DNA from: Candidatus Altimarinota bacterium
GTDB taxonomy: Bacteria; Patescibacteriota; Gracilibacteria; CAIRYL01; GCA-016699755
Length of the DNA stretch: 64,000 nucleotides
Reading direction: 5' to 3'
Assembly: GCA_963664295.1 (NCBI GenBank)
Contig: OY760935.1
Span: 32,001 to 96,000 of the forward strand
The translations under genes were made by a program, and so were the position numbers. Below are positions 38,376 through 48,407 of this stretch, piece after piece. Within the stretch, counting starts at the first letter, position 1, and every line of letters starts with the position of its first letter. Below the pieces are notes generated by a model. That model did not search any database. It was not told where the DNA came from and was given only the letters and a program-made list of their open reading frames with translations.

Positions 38376-40481
38376 ATGTCAAAAGCTGAAGGATACGATT
38401 TCTTTTTTCGCAGACATCAGGCTACAGCTGGCACACAAGAAGGAAAACTTAATGAAATGGTTGGGGACATTGATAATAAAATGGGGGCTTTAGTTGAGGT
38501 ATCTACTAGAACATTAGAACAAAGGTCTGGCATGCAAACATTGTCTGTGCCACAAGATAGCTCTACTTTTGAAGCTATTGAGAGTTTAAGAGATGACTTC
38601 AGGGCTGTTGCTGTCAAAAATAGTCAAACAGGACAAATTACCAATGAGCATTTAAGTGGTATTAATGATGGAATTCAACAAACCGGATTAGCAATACAGA
38701 ATGGTTTTGAATCCATGGGAATTAAGCTAGATGGTTTATCAGGTGTTATTTCAGCGGAAAGTCAATCAACAAGGGATGCTATTGTTGATGTTTCTAGATT
38801 TACCACTGCTGCGATTGGCACAGGATTTATGCATATGGGCAACCAATTAGATCAATTAAGTGGCTCAATAGCAAATGAGGGTAAAATGAACCGTAAAACA
38901 CAAGTTGAATGCACAAAAGCAATTGGAAATGTTTTACACAGAGGCTTTAATGATATAGGGATGAATATCTCGAGGGTTGATACTAGGCTATCAAAAATGA
39001 CAACAGTTTTTGTTGAAGGATTGAAAGCAGTTGATGCTAGCACTAGAGAAGGCTTTATTAAAACTAATGAAAATTTACAGTTAATTGCAGAACAAATTGA
39101 TCAAATTTCTTTTGACGGTGAAGAGACAAGGGAGACTATTAGAAATGCTGCAGAATATACATCGGAAGTATTTTTAAGAGGATTATCTGTTGTAGGTGAA
39201 AAAATTGATTATGGTAATTATTTAGATGAATTAGCTTTACAAGAAGCAAAAAGAACAAATGCATTTTTAAGATTTATTGGCAACGAAGCTTTAGCAACCA
39301 ATGAAAACATTGCTAGGCAAATTATGAGCTCTAGTCTTCAGCATGCAGAACTTCTCGACGCCTTAGGGCTTTATGATAAAAAATCAGAACTAAGACATCA
39401 AGAATTAATTCAAGAGCTTATCAGGACGCAAAATGTGTTAGTAGGAATTAGTGATAGTGTGAGGTTTGAATTAAGGCAAAATCACCAATCTCTTCTTAAT
39501 GAACTTTCTACTAAAGAAAGATGGTATTTTAACAAATTTCAAGCTGCAGAAAGAGAGAGAAAAATTGGCAATCTTGATAGAGCTATTCAGATTTATGAGG
39601 CTATTGTTCAGCCAGAAGAATGTCCGCAACATTATTCTTCACTTATTGCTCTTGTAGAATGTTATTTACAAAAAGGTGACTATGAAAAAGCTCTTGTTTA
39701 TGCAAAAAGTGCACAAGCGCAATCACCAAATAATGATTTACGAGAATACGCAGAAATAGCTGAGGTAGGCATTATGTATCAAACCGCAGAAGATACAGAT
39801 GAGCAAGATAAATACAGAAAGATGTTAGATTATTTTCATAATACTGGTGATATAAAAAATTTTTCACAAATAAAAAAACTATATTATTTTGCTTGCTTGT
39901 ATAAATCCGGCAAGAAAGAAGAGGCCATAGAAGGTTTATCAGCATTAGTTCAATTAGAACGCGGAGCAGTTTTAGAAATGAGAAATATTTTATTATTTGA
40001 AGATTTTTTCCAGGGTGATCATTTAATTTTTTTACAGCAGAATATTTTAGAAAATGACACTTCTCTTCCTGGTAGTGTTTATTTTTATGTAATGAATGAA
40101 TTTATTGCCGTAGATGATATTAATAATGCTCGTTTGGCTCTTCAGAAAGGCATTAAATATCACCCTGCTGAATTTATGGAAAAAATCATTTTTAAGCACC
40201 CATTTGTTATAAAATATTTACTTCAAGATTTACACCGTTTTGTGAGTGAAAATCTTGAAAGTGATTATATGGCTTTTGATTTGGTAGCTTATTATTATTT
40301 GGTAAAAAAATTAGGTATTACCGCACCTGCTATGTTAAAAAACAGATTAGTTTTAAAATTAAAAAATTTAAGATTGCTCACAGAAGAGGAATTACTTAGT
40401 TTATCCTTTATTTTGAAAGAAGATTTTGAGGATTTTATTGAGTTGTATAAAAAAATTAAACCGATTTTTGGTAAATTATGA
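38376..40481 (+). CDS. Orphan protein: N-terminal GF-repeat coiled coil plus TPR region
   Basis: Repeats NGFESMG, TGFMHMG, RGFNDIG, EGFIKTN; TPR-like GNLDRAIQIYE and GDYEKALVY; TTGACA at 38302. Confidence 0.7.
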   Translation: MSKAEGYDFFFRRHQATAGTQEGKLNEMVGDIDNKMGALVEVSTRTLEQRSGMQTLSVPQDSSTFEAIESLRDDFRAVAVKNSQTGQITNEHLSGINDGIQQTGLAIQNGFESMGIKLDGLSGVISAESQSTRDAIVDVSRFTTAAIGTGFMHMGNQLDQLSGSIANEGKMNRKTQVECTKAIGNVLHRGFNDIGMNISRVDTRLSKMTTVFVEGLKAVDASTREGFIKTNENLQLIAEQIDQISFDGEETRETIRNAAEYTSEVFLRGLSVVGEKIDYGNYLDELALQEAKRTNAFLRFIGNEALATNENIARQIMSSSLQHAELLDALGLYDKKSELRHQELIQELIRTQNVLVGISDSVRFELRQNHQSLLNELSTKERWYFNKFQAAERERKIGNLDRAIQIYEAIVQPEECPQHYSSLIALVECYLQKGDYEKALVYAKSAQAQSPNNDLREYAEIAEVGIMYQTAEDTDEQDKYRKMLDYFHNTGDIKNFSQIKKLYYFACLYKSGKKEEAIEGLSALVQLERGAVLEMRNILLFEDFFQGDHLIFLQQNILENDTSLPGSVYFYVMNEFIAVDDINNARLALQKGIKYHPAEFMEKIIFKHPFVIKYLLQDLHRFVSENLESDYMAFDLVAYYYLVKKLGITAPAMLKNRLVLKLKNLRLLTEEELLSLSFILKEDFEDFIELYKKIKPIFGKL

Positions 40482-42277
40482 AAAATTTTGAAATTCAACA
40501 ATTTAACGCTGGCAAACTACCCGAAGACAAATTAGCATTGCGCTTCACGCTTACTGGTAAAGGAGATGATGGCAATAATTTTGATATGGTAGGCGTTGAA
40601 GGTAAATTGATAAAAAATGGCAACATATCACTGCCAGATACAACTTTTGCTTCTTCTTTTGTGGCAGGTGTGATGTCAGATAGTCTTATAGTCCCAGTTG
40701 ATTCCCTTGATCCATCATTGGAAATAGCTCTTGCTGTTGAGGGTGTTGCAGAAGAGATTAGGTTAAAAATTGGCGACTTAATAAATGAACATTTACCAGA
40801 AGAAAAAATTGATACTTCAGAACAAGAATTCAGCAAAATTAAATGTGTTAGTGATTTTATTACTGAAATTCGCAGACTAGAAAAAGGCATATTAGCCTTA
40901 AGGCAAGGTATTCAGTTAAAACAAAAAATTATGGATCTTGTTTTGTTGCTAGAGAGCTTACAAGAAAAGAAAAATCAAATAGATCAAATGCACAATACAA
41001 CAAAAGGGTATGATATTTTTGATCAATATGCATGTAAAATTGGACCAGATTTTACAGTAGAAATTGAAGGCTGTGAGACTCTCATAAGAGAAATAATTAG
41101 TAAATTTGATGCTGAATCATTAGATAAGTTAAAAACAGAATATGAAAGCAGGCAAAATGAGCTAAGAAACGCGGAAGCTCAAAAAGATGAATTAGTATCT
41201 TCAATTGCTATTTTGGCCGATAAGCTTAAAGAAGTAGGAGGGGAAAATATAGGCCTAGGTGAAAGGGCGGCAAACATGGAAAGACAATTGGCGCTTATAA
41301 ACTCTGAAAAGAGAACAGCATTAAATGGTAATGTTTTTTCTGAAGAAGATTATGTTGATTTTGAAAAAATAAAAATATTGACACCTGAAATTGCTAGAAA
41401 GTTATCAAATTGGAAAGGAGGAGCTCTTTTTCTTGATACTGTAGAAGATTTATCACCCGAAGCTGGAAGATATCTTTTTCAATTTCAAGGCGATATTTAT
41501 TTAAATGGATTAAGAAAAATTGTCCCAGAAGCTTTAGAATATTTTTATTTATTTTCTGGAAAATTATATCTCAATGGATTAGATGATCTTGATCCCAAAA
41601 GTGCATATTTTCTTTTTAATAATGAAAATTGTTATACAATAGAGCTAAATGAGATTGAGACACTATCACCTGAAACTGCTCATCAAATGAGTGCACACCA
41701 GCGATCTGTTAGTCTTTTAGGGTTAAAAAAAGTTGATAAAAATCTTGCTGCTCAATTTTGTTCTAAAGGAAGAAGTTTAAGCATTATTTTCAGTAAGGGG
41801 GTTAAAATTTTTGATGATGCATTTAAGTATCTTAAACAAGTGAAATACTACAAAATAGAAGAAGCTTTTTATGTGACCAGAAAAGCAAAAATAAGAAAAA
41901 TAGAAAGAGAAAAAGAGATGGAGAAAGAGAGAAAGAAAAAAATAGAGGAAGCAAGAGGAAGAGATAGAGAAAGAGCAAAAGAAAAAGCAAGAGAAAGAGA
42001 AAAAATAAGGACTGAAATGAGAGCGGAGATGGAAAAATACCCAGAACTTGAATCATGTTTTGAGAAAATTGATTACCGATGGTTATTTAATGAAAAAATA
42101 ATAAAAATTAAAATCTTCAAAAATAAAAAAATGATTTTGATAAATACTGTTAGTATAATTTTTTATTTTTGCGATGGAAAAAAAGAAATATTTAAGTGGA
42201 AAGGGATATCTTTTTCAGCCTTAAAGAAAGAATTAAATCATTTTACTTCTAAAGTCTTTAGAGGCCGACACAGCTAA
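40478..42277 (+). CDS. Orphan protein: coiled coil plus LRR-like (LxLxGLxxLSPExA) repeats
   Basis: ATGA overlap with the upstream gene; about 22-aa repeats; charged C-terminal helix. Confidence 0.7.
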   Translation: MKNFEIQQFNAGKLPEDKLALRFTLTGKGDDGNNFDMVGVEGKLIKNGNISLPDTTFASSFVAGVMSDSLIVPVDSLDPSLEIALAVEGVAEEIRLKIGDLINEHLPEEKIDTSEQEFSKIKCVSDFITEIRRLEKGILALRQGIQLKQKIMDLVLLLESLQEKKNQIDQMHNTTKGYDIFDQYACKIGPDFTVEIEGCETLIREIISKFDAESLDKLKTEYESRQNELRNAEAQKDELVSSIAILADKLKEVGGENIGLGERAANMERQLALINSEKRTALNGNVFSEEDYVDFEKIKILTPEIARKLSNWKGGALFLDTVEDLSPEAGRYLFQFQGDIYLNGLRKIVPEALEYFYLFSGKLYLNGLDDLDPKSAYFLFNNENCYTIELNEIETLSPETAHQMSAHQRSVSLLGLKKVDKNLAAQFCSKGRSLSIIFSKGVKIFDDAFKYLKQVKYYKIEEAFYVTRKAKIRKIEREKEMEKERKKKIEEARGRDRERAKEKAREREKIRTEMRAEMEKYPELESCFEKIDYRWLFNEKIIKIKIFKNKKMILINTVSIIFYFCDGKKEIFKWKGISFSALKKELNHFTSKVFRGRHS

Positions 42278-42347
42278 GACACTCTCGAGAAAATAAAATT
42301 AAAGTTTTTCTACATAAAACCTCCGTATTAAATCTACTGTGTTCCGC

Positions 42348-42390
42348 CATTGAAAATGTTCTCGTGCAAAGCACGAGGTTGTTTTCAATG
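42348..42390. other. Long intergenic hairpin
   Basis: cattgaaaa-tgtt-ctcgtgc-aaa-gcacgag-gttg-ttttcaatg. Confidence 0.65.
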
Positions 42391-42543
42391 ATAGACAGGT
42401 GAGAGCATCTTATTTTCCTAAGTTCAAATTTGTGCAATATTTTTTGATAATTGTTAAAATAAGTTGTAAGTGTTATGCTTTCCTTAAAGAGGAAGTGGGA
42501 AATTTAAAAAAAATTTAAAATTTCTTTAATTGATTACTGAAAA

Positions 42544-44205
42544 ATGCCTCCTATTCAAAAACAGTGCAAGATTACCGGTCAAAATTTTTCTGTTTCAGAA
42601 GAAGAAATGGCCCTTTTGGCTAAAATGAACCTGCCTTTGCCAGAAATTTGTTATAACGAGCGCTTTAAAAGGCTTTTTATGATTCGTAATGTTCGCAATT
42701 TATATAAAAGAAAATGTGATAGAACCGGGAAGAGTGTTATTGCTATGTATTCGGAAAATGTGCCTTTTCCTGTTTATGATCGTGATGAATGGTGGAAAGA
42801 TGATTGGAATCCGCCTTTTGCAGATTTTGACTTTAATCGACCATTTTTTACACAAATAATTGAACTTCGCAATAAAGTTCCGCGTGCTAATTTGTTTAAT
42901 AAAATGTCTTTTAATTCTGACTATTGTAATGTTAGTCAGGGCTTAAAAGATAGCTATCTTACTTTTGTTTCTTTTGATAGCAAAAATTTGCTTTATTGCC
43001 AAAGAGTTGTTTTTTCAGAGGACTTAGTAGATTGTTTTTATTGCACTAGGGTTCAGAGGTCTTATGAATGTATTTATTGTTTTGATTGTTTTAATGTGCG
43101 CTATTCGGTTAATGTGCGTAATTCTAGTGATTCAGCTTTTTTATATGATTGTGTTGGTTGTAGAAATTGTTTTATGTGCACCAATCTACGCAAAAAGGAA
43201 TATTATATTTTAAATCAGCCTCATTCCAAAGAAGAATATGAAAGAAAAATGAGTCAGGTTAACTTTGGTTCTTATGCTACGGTTGAAGCCCTAAAAAAAC
43301 ATTTTAATGATTTCAGGCAGCAAAATGCTATTTATCAAGCTGTTAAGCTTGAGCAAACTGAAAATTGTACTGGTAATCGTCTTCGTCAATGTAAAGACTT
43401 AAAAAATTGTTTTGAGGCGGAAATAGCTCGCGATTGCTTTAATTGTATTGGTTTCGCCGAAGCTAAAGACACTCTTGATTCTGTTGAGTTTGGAGGTCTC
43501 AATAATGAATCCGAACTTGGTTATGGATTACAAGAATGTCTCAATTATTATAATTTTCGTTTTTGTAGTTTTTGTTATGGCAAAGCTAGCTTAACTTATT
43601 GCGATGAATGCCATAATTGCATAGATTGTTTTGCTTGTGTAGGATTAAAAAATGCTCAATATTGCATTTTTAACAAACAATATCCTAAAGAAGAATATGA
43701 ACAGTTAGTGCCTAAAATAATAGAACATATGCAAAAAACTGGTGAGTGGGGACAATTTTTTCCATATGAATATTCTCCTTTTGCTTATAATGAAGCGGAA
43801 ATTAATGAATATTCTCCTTTGACCCGTGATGAAGCTTTAATGTATGGTTTTAGATGGAACGATCGAGTAGCCCAAGAAGAGGGTCAAGCGATTAGTTTCT
43901 TGGATGTTCCTGATAATATTAAAAATACTGAGAAAGAAATTATTGAAAAAGTCTTTATTTGTGACATTAGTGGCAAGAAATTTAAAATTACTCCTCAGGA
44001 ATTAGTTTTTTATAAGCAACAAAAAATTCCTTTGCCTCGTCGTCATCCAAATCAAAGACACAAAGATCGCCTAAAAGAGCGCTTGCCAAGAATGCTTTTT
44101 TCTCGTAATTGCATGAAATGTGGTGTTGCTATTAGAACGCCTTATGCCCAAAATCGTTCTGAAATTGTTTATTGTCAGGATTGTTATTTAAAAACAGTTT
44201 ATTAA
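42544..44205 (+). CDS. Cys-rich repeat (beta-helix/Zn-ribbon) protein of a CPR-expanded family, paralog A
   Basis: RNLYKRKCD, WWKDDW, periodic Cys, GEWGQFFP..SPFAYNE, LPRRHP, YCQDCY. Confidence 0.85.
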   Translation: MPPIQKQCKITGQNFSVSEEEMALLAKMNLPLPEICYNERFKRLFMIRNVRNLYKRKCDRTGKSVIAMYSENVPFPVYDRDEWWKDDWNPPFADFDFNRPFFTQIIELRNKVPRANLFNKMSFNSDYCNVSQGLKDSYLTFVSFDSKNLLYCQRVVFSEDLVDCFYCTRVQRSYECIYCFDCFNVRYSVNVRNSSDSAFLYDCVGCRNCFMCTNLRKKEYYILNQPHSKEEYERKMSQVNFGSYATVEALKKHFNDFRQQNAIYQAVKLEQTENCTGNRLRQCKDLKNCFEAEIARDCFNCIGFAEAKDTLDSVEFGGLNNESELGYGLQECLNYYNFRFCSFCYGKASLTYCDECHNCIDCFACVGLKNAQYCIFNKQYPKEEYEQLVPKIIEHMQKTGEWGQFFPYEYSPFAYNEAEINEYSPLTRDEALMYGFRWNDRVAQEEGQAISFLDVPDNIKNTEKEIIEKVFICDISGKKFKITPQELVFYKQQKIPLPRRHPNQRHKDRLKERLPRMLFSRNCMKCGVAIRTPYAQNRSEIVYCQDCYLKTVY

Positions 44206-46997
44206 AATTATTTTTTTATTGTTGTTTTATTGATAAGCTTTTCAGGCTTTACAAAAGCATATTATTATTTAATAATATGAAAGATGAAATCTTTTTTAAT
44301 TAAAGTACCTCAAAATAATCAAAAGACAGCTAAGTCTTTTTATCAATTATTACATGCGCTTTATGAAACTCTTTCAGAAGCGCAGATTAGTTTTGAAATT
44401 TTTGTTCATCAGCAACATATAAATTTTTGTTTTACTTGCAAGGAAGATCGTTCGGCTCTTGTTTCGGGTCAGATATATGCTATTTTTCCTGAAGCGGAAA
44501 TAGTTGAAATTGAAGATCCTGCAAAGTCTTTTAAGAATAATTTTGTTGGAGGAGAAGTTTTTTTAAAAAGAAAAGATTTGTTTTCAATAAAAACTTTTGA
44601 AAATTTTGAAGGTGATTCATTGGCTGGAGTTTTATCTGTTTTTTCAAAAGCGAAAATAGATGAAAACATACTTTTCCAAATAGTAATGCGCCCAAAAAAA
44701 GACACGGCCATGTTGCATTTTAAAAGAAATTGGAGTAGAAGATTTGAAAACATTCGTCATGTTTTTAGATTTAAATATTATTTTAAAAAAGGGGATTTTA
44801 AAAAGCAATTTAATGACGCTTTTTTAAAAAAGTCAGAAGAAAATCTTTTTGATGTAAATATTCGTTTTTTGGTTAATTCATCTCAAAAAGATACTATTTT
44901 TAACGCTATTAAAAACAGTATTTATCAATTTAATACAATAGACTTAAATGGTTTTGAGGTTGGCAAAAAAACCACTGAATTATTTTTTAAGCAGGTTGAA
45001 ACCAGGAAATTGTCTAGACCTTTCTCTTTATCACAAATAGAGCTATCAACCATTTTTCATTTGCCAAATGAGAAGGAGGTGCCAAACATAGTTTACGTTT
45101 TAAGTAAAAAATCTGAACCACCATCATCTTTACCGATAAATCAAAAAAATTCTAATATTTCTTTTTTTGGAACAACTAATTTTCATAATTCTTTTGTTCC
45201 TTTTGGGATTTTGTCTGAAGACAGAAGAAGACATATGTATTGTGTGGGAAAGAGTGGCAGTGGAAAAAGTAAACTTTTGGAGCTTTTGATTGCTAATGAT
45301 TTAAAAAATGGCAGAGGAATTGGAGTTTTAGATCCTCATGGTGATTTAGTGGACAATGTTTTAAGAATGGTGCCCAAAGAAAGAATTAAAGATGTTGTTA
45401 TTTTTGATCCTGCAGATGAACAGTTTCCAATTGCTTTTAATCCTTTAGAAAAAGTACCTTCTGCCTTAAAAATAAGAGTTACTATTGGTATTTTAGAGAT
45501 TTTTAAAAAACTTTTTGGTACTAACTGGAGTGAAAGATTAGAGCATGTTTTAAGATATACAATTTTAGCCCTCTTAGATTCTCCAAACACCACGGTTCTT
45601 TCGATTTTAAAAATGCTGTCTGATAAAAATTATCGTCAATATATAGTTAAAAATATTAAGGATGATGTAGTTAAAAATTTTTGGGTAAATGAGTTTGCAA
45701 GTTGGAGTGAAAAATTTGACTCTGAAGCTATTACGCCTCTTTTGAATAAAGTTGGTCAGTTTGTAGCGACAAACATGGTTCGCAATATTGTTGGTCAACC
45801 TAAAAACAAAGTTGATTTTAGAAAAATAATGGATGAAGGAAAAATTCTTTTAATGAAGGTTTCAAAAGGCATGTTAGGAGAGGAAAACGCCTCTCTTTTA
45901 GGTGCTATGGCTATTACTAAAATATATCAAGCGGCTATGAGCAGGGCTAATATTAAAGAAGAAGACAGGCGAGATTTTTATTTTTATGTAGATGAATTTC
46001 ATAATTTTGCCACTAATACTTTTGATGAAATTTTAAGTGAAGCTCGTAAATATCGCTTAAATCTTTCTTTGGCTCATCAATACATGGGACAACTTTCGCC
46101 AAAAATAAGAACAACTATTTTTGGAAATGTTGGTTCATTGGTTTCATTTAGGGTTGGATCAGAAGATGCAGGTATTTTGGCGCAAGAATATGCACCGATT
46201 TTTTCAACCCATGATTTAATAAATTTAGGAATTAGAGAATTTTATTGTAAAATATCCGCTAACGGAGAAGTAAGCCAAGCTTTTTCCGGTAGAACATTAG
46301 ATTTAAATTTTCCAAAAGAAGATTTCACTAAAGACTGTATTGAATTTTCCAGAAAAAATTATTGTCAGCCGATAGAAAAAGTGCGTAAGGCAATTTCTGC
46401 TTGGGAAGAAGGAAAAACGGAAGAAGCAAAAGATTCAAGTCTTGAGGGAGTCAGCTTTGAAGAACCAATAGTTTAATGTATTTTTTTTAGATAACATTCT
46501 TCGCAAAGCACTTTTTCTGCTCTATCTGGAGAATAAGTGGTTTGGATTTTTTTATTGCAACTAAAACAATTTCTTTCCCAGAGTTTTTGAGGATTTCTTT
46601 TTTCAATTCTTTCTTTATTTCTAATATCAGGGTGAAGTCTAGGAATTGGTAAATTCATTTTTCTATAAAAAGCCAGTTCTGATTTTTGAATTTTATATGG
46701 TCTATTAGTTTTTGCGCATTTAATATTCCAATTTAATACATCGTCAGGTATATCATTTATATTTTCTGGTAGCATGTTAGCGGGAATGATTTTTCCTACC
46801 TTAGGAATTGGGTCTTTTTCCTCTTTCCATTTCCAGTTCATTGAAATTATGCCTTCTTTTGTTGATGGGAAATGGTTTTGTGCAATTGTTTCATTGTAGG
46901 CAAATGGCGAGAGAGAAATAGGAAAAAACTCCCCCCACTCACCAGTTTTTTGCATATGTTCTATTATTTTAGGCACTAATTGTTCATATTCTTCTTT
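43687..46997. repeat. 65-bp inverted repeat pair (43687-43751 and 46933-46997), 64/65 identical
   Basis: aaagaagaatatgaaca(g/a)ttagtgcctaaaataatagaacatatgcaaaaaactggtgagtgggg at the equivalent position in both paralogs. Confidence 0.9.
44284..46476 (+). CDS. VirB4/TraD (HerA/FtsK-like) ATPase, type IV secretion coupling-protein-like
   Basis: DRRRHMYCVGKSGSGKS, LDPHGDL, FNPLE, YVDEFHNF, SEARKYRL..AHQ. Confidence 0.88.
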   Translation: MKSFLIKVPQNNQKTAKSFYQLLHALYETLSEAQISFEIFVHQQHINFCFTCKEDRSALVSGQIYAIFPEAEIVEIEDPAKSFKNNFVGGEVFLKRKDLFSIKTFENFEGDSLAGVLSVFSKAKIDENILFQIVMRPKKDTAMLHFKRNWSRRFENIRHVFRFKYYFKKGDFKKQFNDAFLKKSEENLFDVNIRFLVNSSQKDTIFNAIKNSIYQFNTIDLNGFEVGKKTTELFFKQVETRKLSRPFSLSQIELSTIFHLPNEKEVPNIVYVLSKKSEPPSSLPINQKNSNISFFGTTNFHNSFVPFGILSEDRRRHMYCVGKSGSGKSKLLELLIANDLKNGRGIGVLDPHGDLVDNVLRMVPKERIKDVVIFDPADEQFPIAFNPLEKVPSALKIRVTIGILEIFKKLFGTNWSERLEHVLRYTILALLDSPNTTVLSILKMLSDKNYRQYIVKNIKDDVVKNFWVNEFASWSEKFDSEAITPLLNKVGQFVATNMVRNIVGQPKNKVDFRKIMDEGKILLMKVSKGMLGEENASLLGAMAITKIYQAAMSRANIKEEDRRDFYFYVDEFHNFATNTFDEILSEARKYRLNLSLAHQYMGQLSPKIRTTIFGNVGSLVSFRVGSEDAGILAQEYAPIFSTHDLINLGIREFYCKISANGEVSQAFSGRTLDLNFPKEDFTKDCIEFSRKNYCQPIEKVRKAISAWEEGKTEEAKDSSLEGVSFEEPIV

Positions 46998-48143
46998 GGA
47001 ATATTGTTTATTAAATATGCAGTATTTTTGTTTTTTTAGTCCTATGCAAGCAAAGCAATTATCAATATACATACTTGTCATACAATAAAAACTATTATTG
47101 CCGGACATATTTTCTGAAAAATGAGTTCCATTACACCAAATAGAACTGCCTGTTTCATAGCAATTTTCTTGGTCGTCTATATCAGAGCAATCATGACAAT
47201 TAATTGCATTTTTTGAATTAGTCACAAAGCGACAATCTTCTGAATTAAAAACAAAAAAGCATTGATTTAAATTTTTGCTATTAAAAAGATAATCACCAAG
47301 GCAATCTTCTGAATGAATATTTACATTTTCTCTGTGATAATTTTCTAATTTAAATTTTTTAAATATTTTCCAGAGCTCATCTTTGTTTTTTTTGAGTAAG
47401 TTATTTTTTTCTGCAAAAAAATCTTTTTCAGAATATTGCTGATTTAGTATATTGAATTTTTTATTTCTAAGATTGGTACACAAAAAACAATTATTGCAGG
47501 ATTGTAAATCAAAGCAAAAATCAATATCACTACATGATTTGCAGTTTTGACAAAAAGTTGAGTTATAAATATTTTCTGAGTCCATACATTCATAACACAG
47601 TTCTGATTTGTATAAATTATAGCAATCGACACAATCTTTTGAGTTAGATAATCGTGTGCTATAAAGACAATCTTCAATATTAAGAGAAGCAATTATTAAA
47701 TAAGAATTTTTTGTAGCATCACAATTGATGCAATAGTCGCTATTTTCACTATTAACAACGATATTTGACCATCTTGGTACTTTTTTTTGAAGCTCATTAA
47801 ATTGCTCAAAAAAACCTCTTTTAAAGTCAAAATCTTGTCCGAAATCTTTTGTATCCCACTTATCACTCCACCAGCAATCCTGACAATAAACAGGAAAATT
47901 AGCATTTTTATGACAAACAGATATTATATCTTTATTACATAAATCGCATTTTCTTTTGTATAATTTTCTTTCGTTTCTAAAAGCTAATCTTCTTTGCTTG
48001 CGACAGTTAGAGCAGAGTTTTGGAGCTGGAATTTGATATACTTTATCGTTAAAAATAGGCGAAATTTTATAGTAAAAATCTAAGTCACTATCTAATATTT
48101 GAAAGTTTGCTCCACATTGTAAACAGATTTTATTTTCAGGCAA
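46473..48143 (-). CDS. Cys-rich repeat protein, paralog B
   Basis: RKLYKRKCD, WWSDKWD, GEWGEFFP..SPFAYNE, IPRLHP, LCEECY. Confidence 0.85.
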   Translation of the reverse strand: MPENKICLQCGANFQILDSDLDFYYKISPIFNDKVYQIPAPKLCSNCRKQRRLAFRNERKLYKRKCDLCNKDIISVCHKNANFPVYCQDCWWSDKWDTKDFGQDFDFKRGFFEQFNELQKKVPRWSNIVVNSENSDYCINCDATKNSYLIIASLNIEDCLYSTRLSNSKDCVDCYNLYKSELCYECMDSENIYNSTFCQNCKSCSDIDFCFDLQSCNNCFLCTNLRNKKFNILNQQYSEKDFFAEKNNLLKKNKDELWKIFKKFKLENYHRENVNIHSEDCLGDYLFNSKNLNQCFFVFNSEDCRFVTNSKNAINCHDCSDIDDQENCYETGSSIWCNGTHFSENMSGNNSFYCMTSMYIDNCFACIGLKKQKYCIFNKQYSKEEYEQLVPKIIEHMQKTGEWGEFFPISLSPFAYNETIAQNHFPSTKEGIISMNWKWKEEKDPIPKVGKIIPANMLPENINDIPDDVLNWNIKCAKTNRPYKIQKSELAFYRKMNLPIPRLHPDIRNKERIEKRNPQKLWERNCFSCNKKIQTTYSPDRAEKVLCEECYLKKIH

Positions 48144-48407
48144 TTGACAGGATGTGATGTTAATTTAATTTTATAATTATTTAGCTTTAAAGTCAATTAT
48201 CAGGCGTATTTACGATGTTCTATTTATTCTTATCAAATTTTTAATCCTGTTATTTTGCAAATTCGACCTCCAAATTAGGTTTTTATTTCATATTTTTTTC
48301 ATTATATGTCTATATAATGAATTTATATTTTTACTTGACAAAAAATTTTTTTATTGAGATATTAGCTACCTTTGCATTGTATTATTTTATTTTTTACAAA
48401 TAAATTT

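Noticed and set aside
43687-46997. Diversity-generating retroelement TR/VR pair
   Set aside because: Only one mismatch, both copies are mid-CDS, and no reverse transcriptase is in the window.
48144-48407. Precursor peptide for the glyA/U32 operon
   Set aside because: No convincing short ORF with an RBS on either strand.
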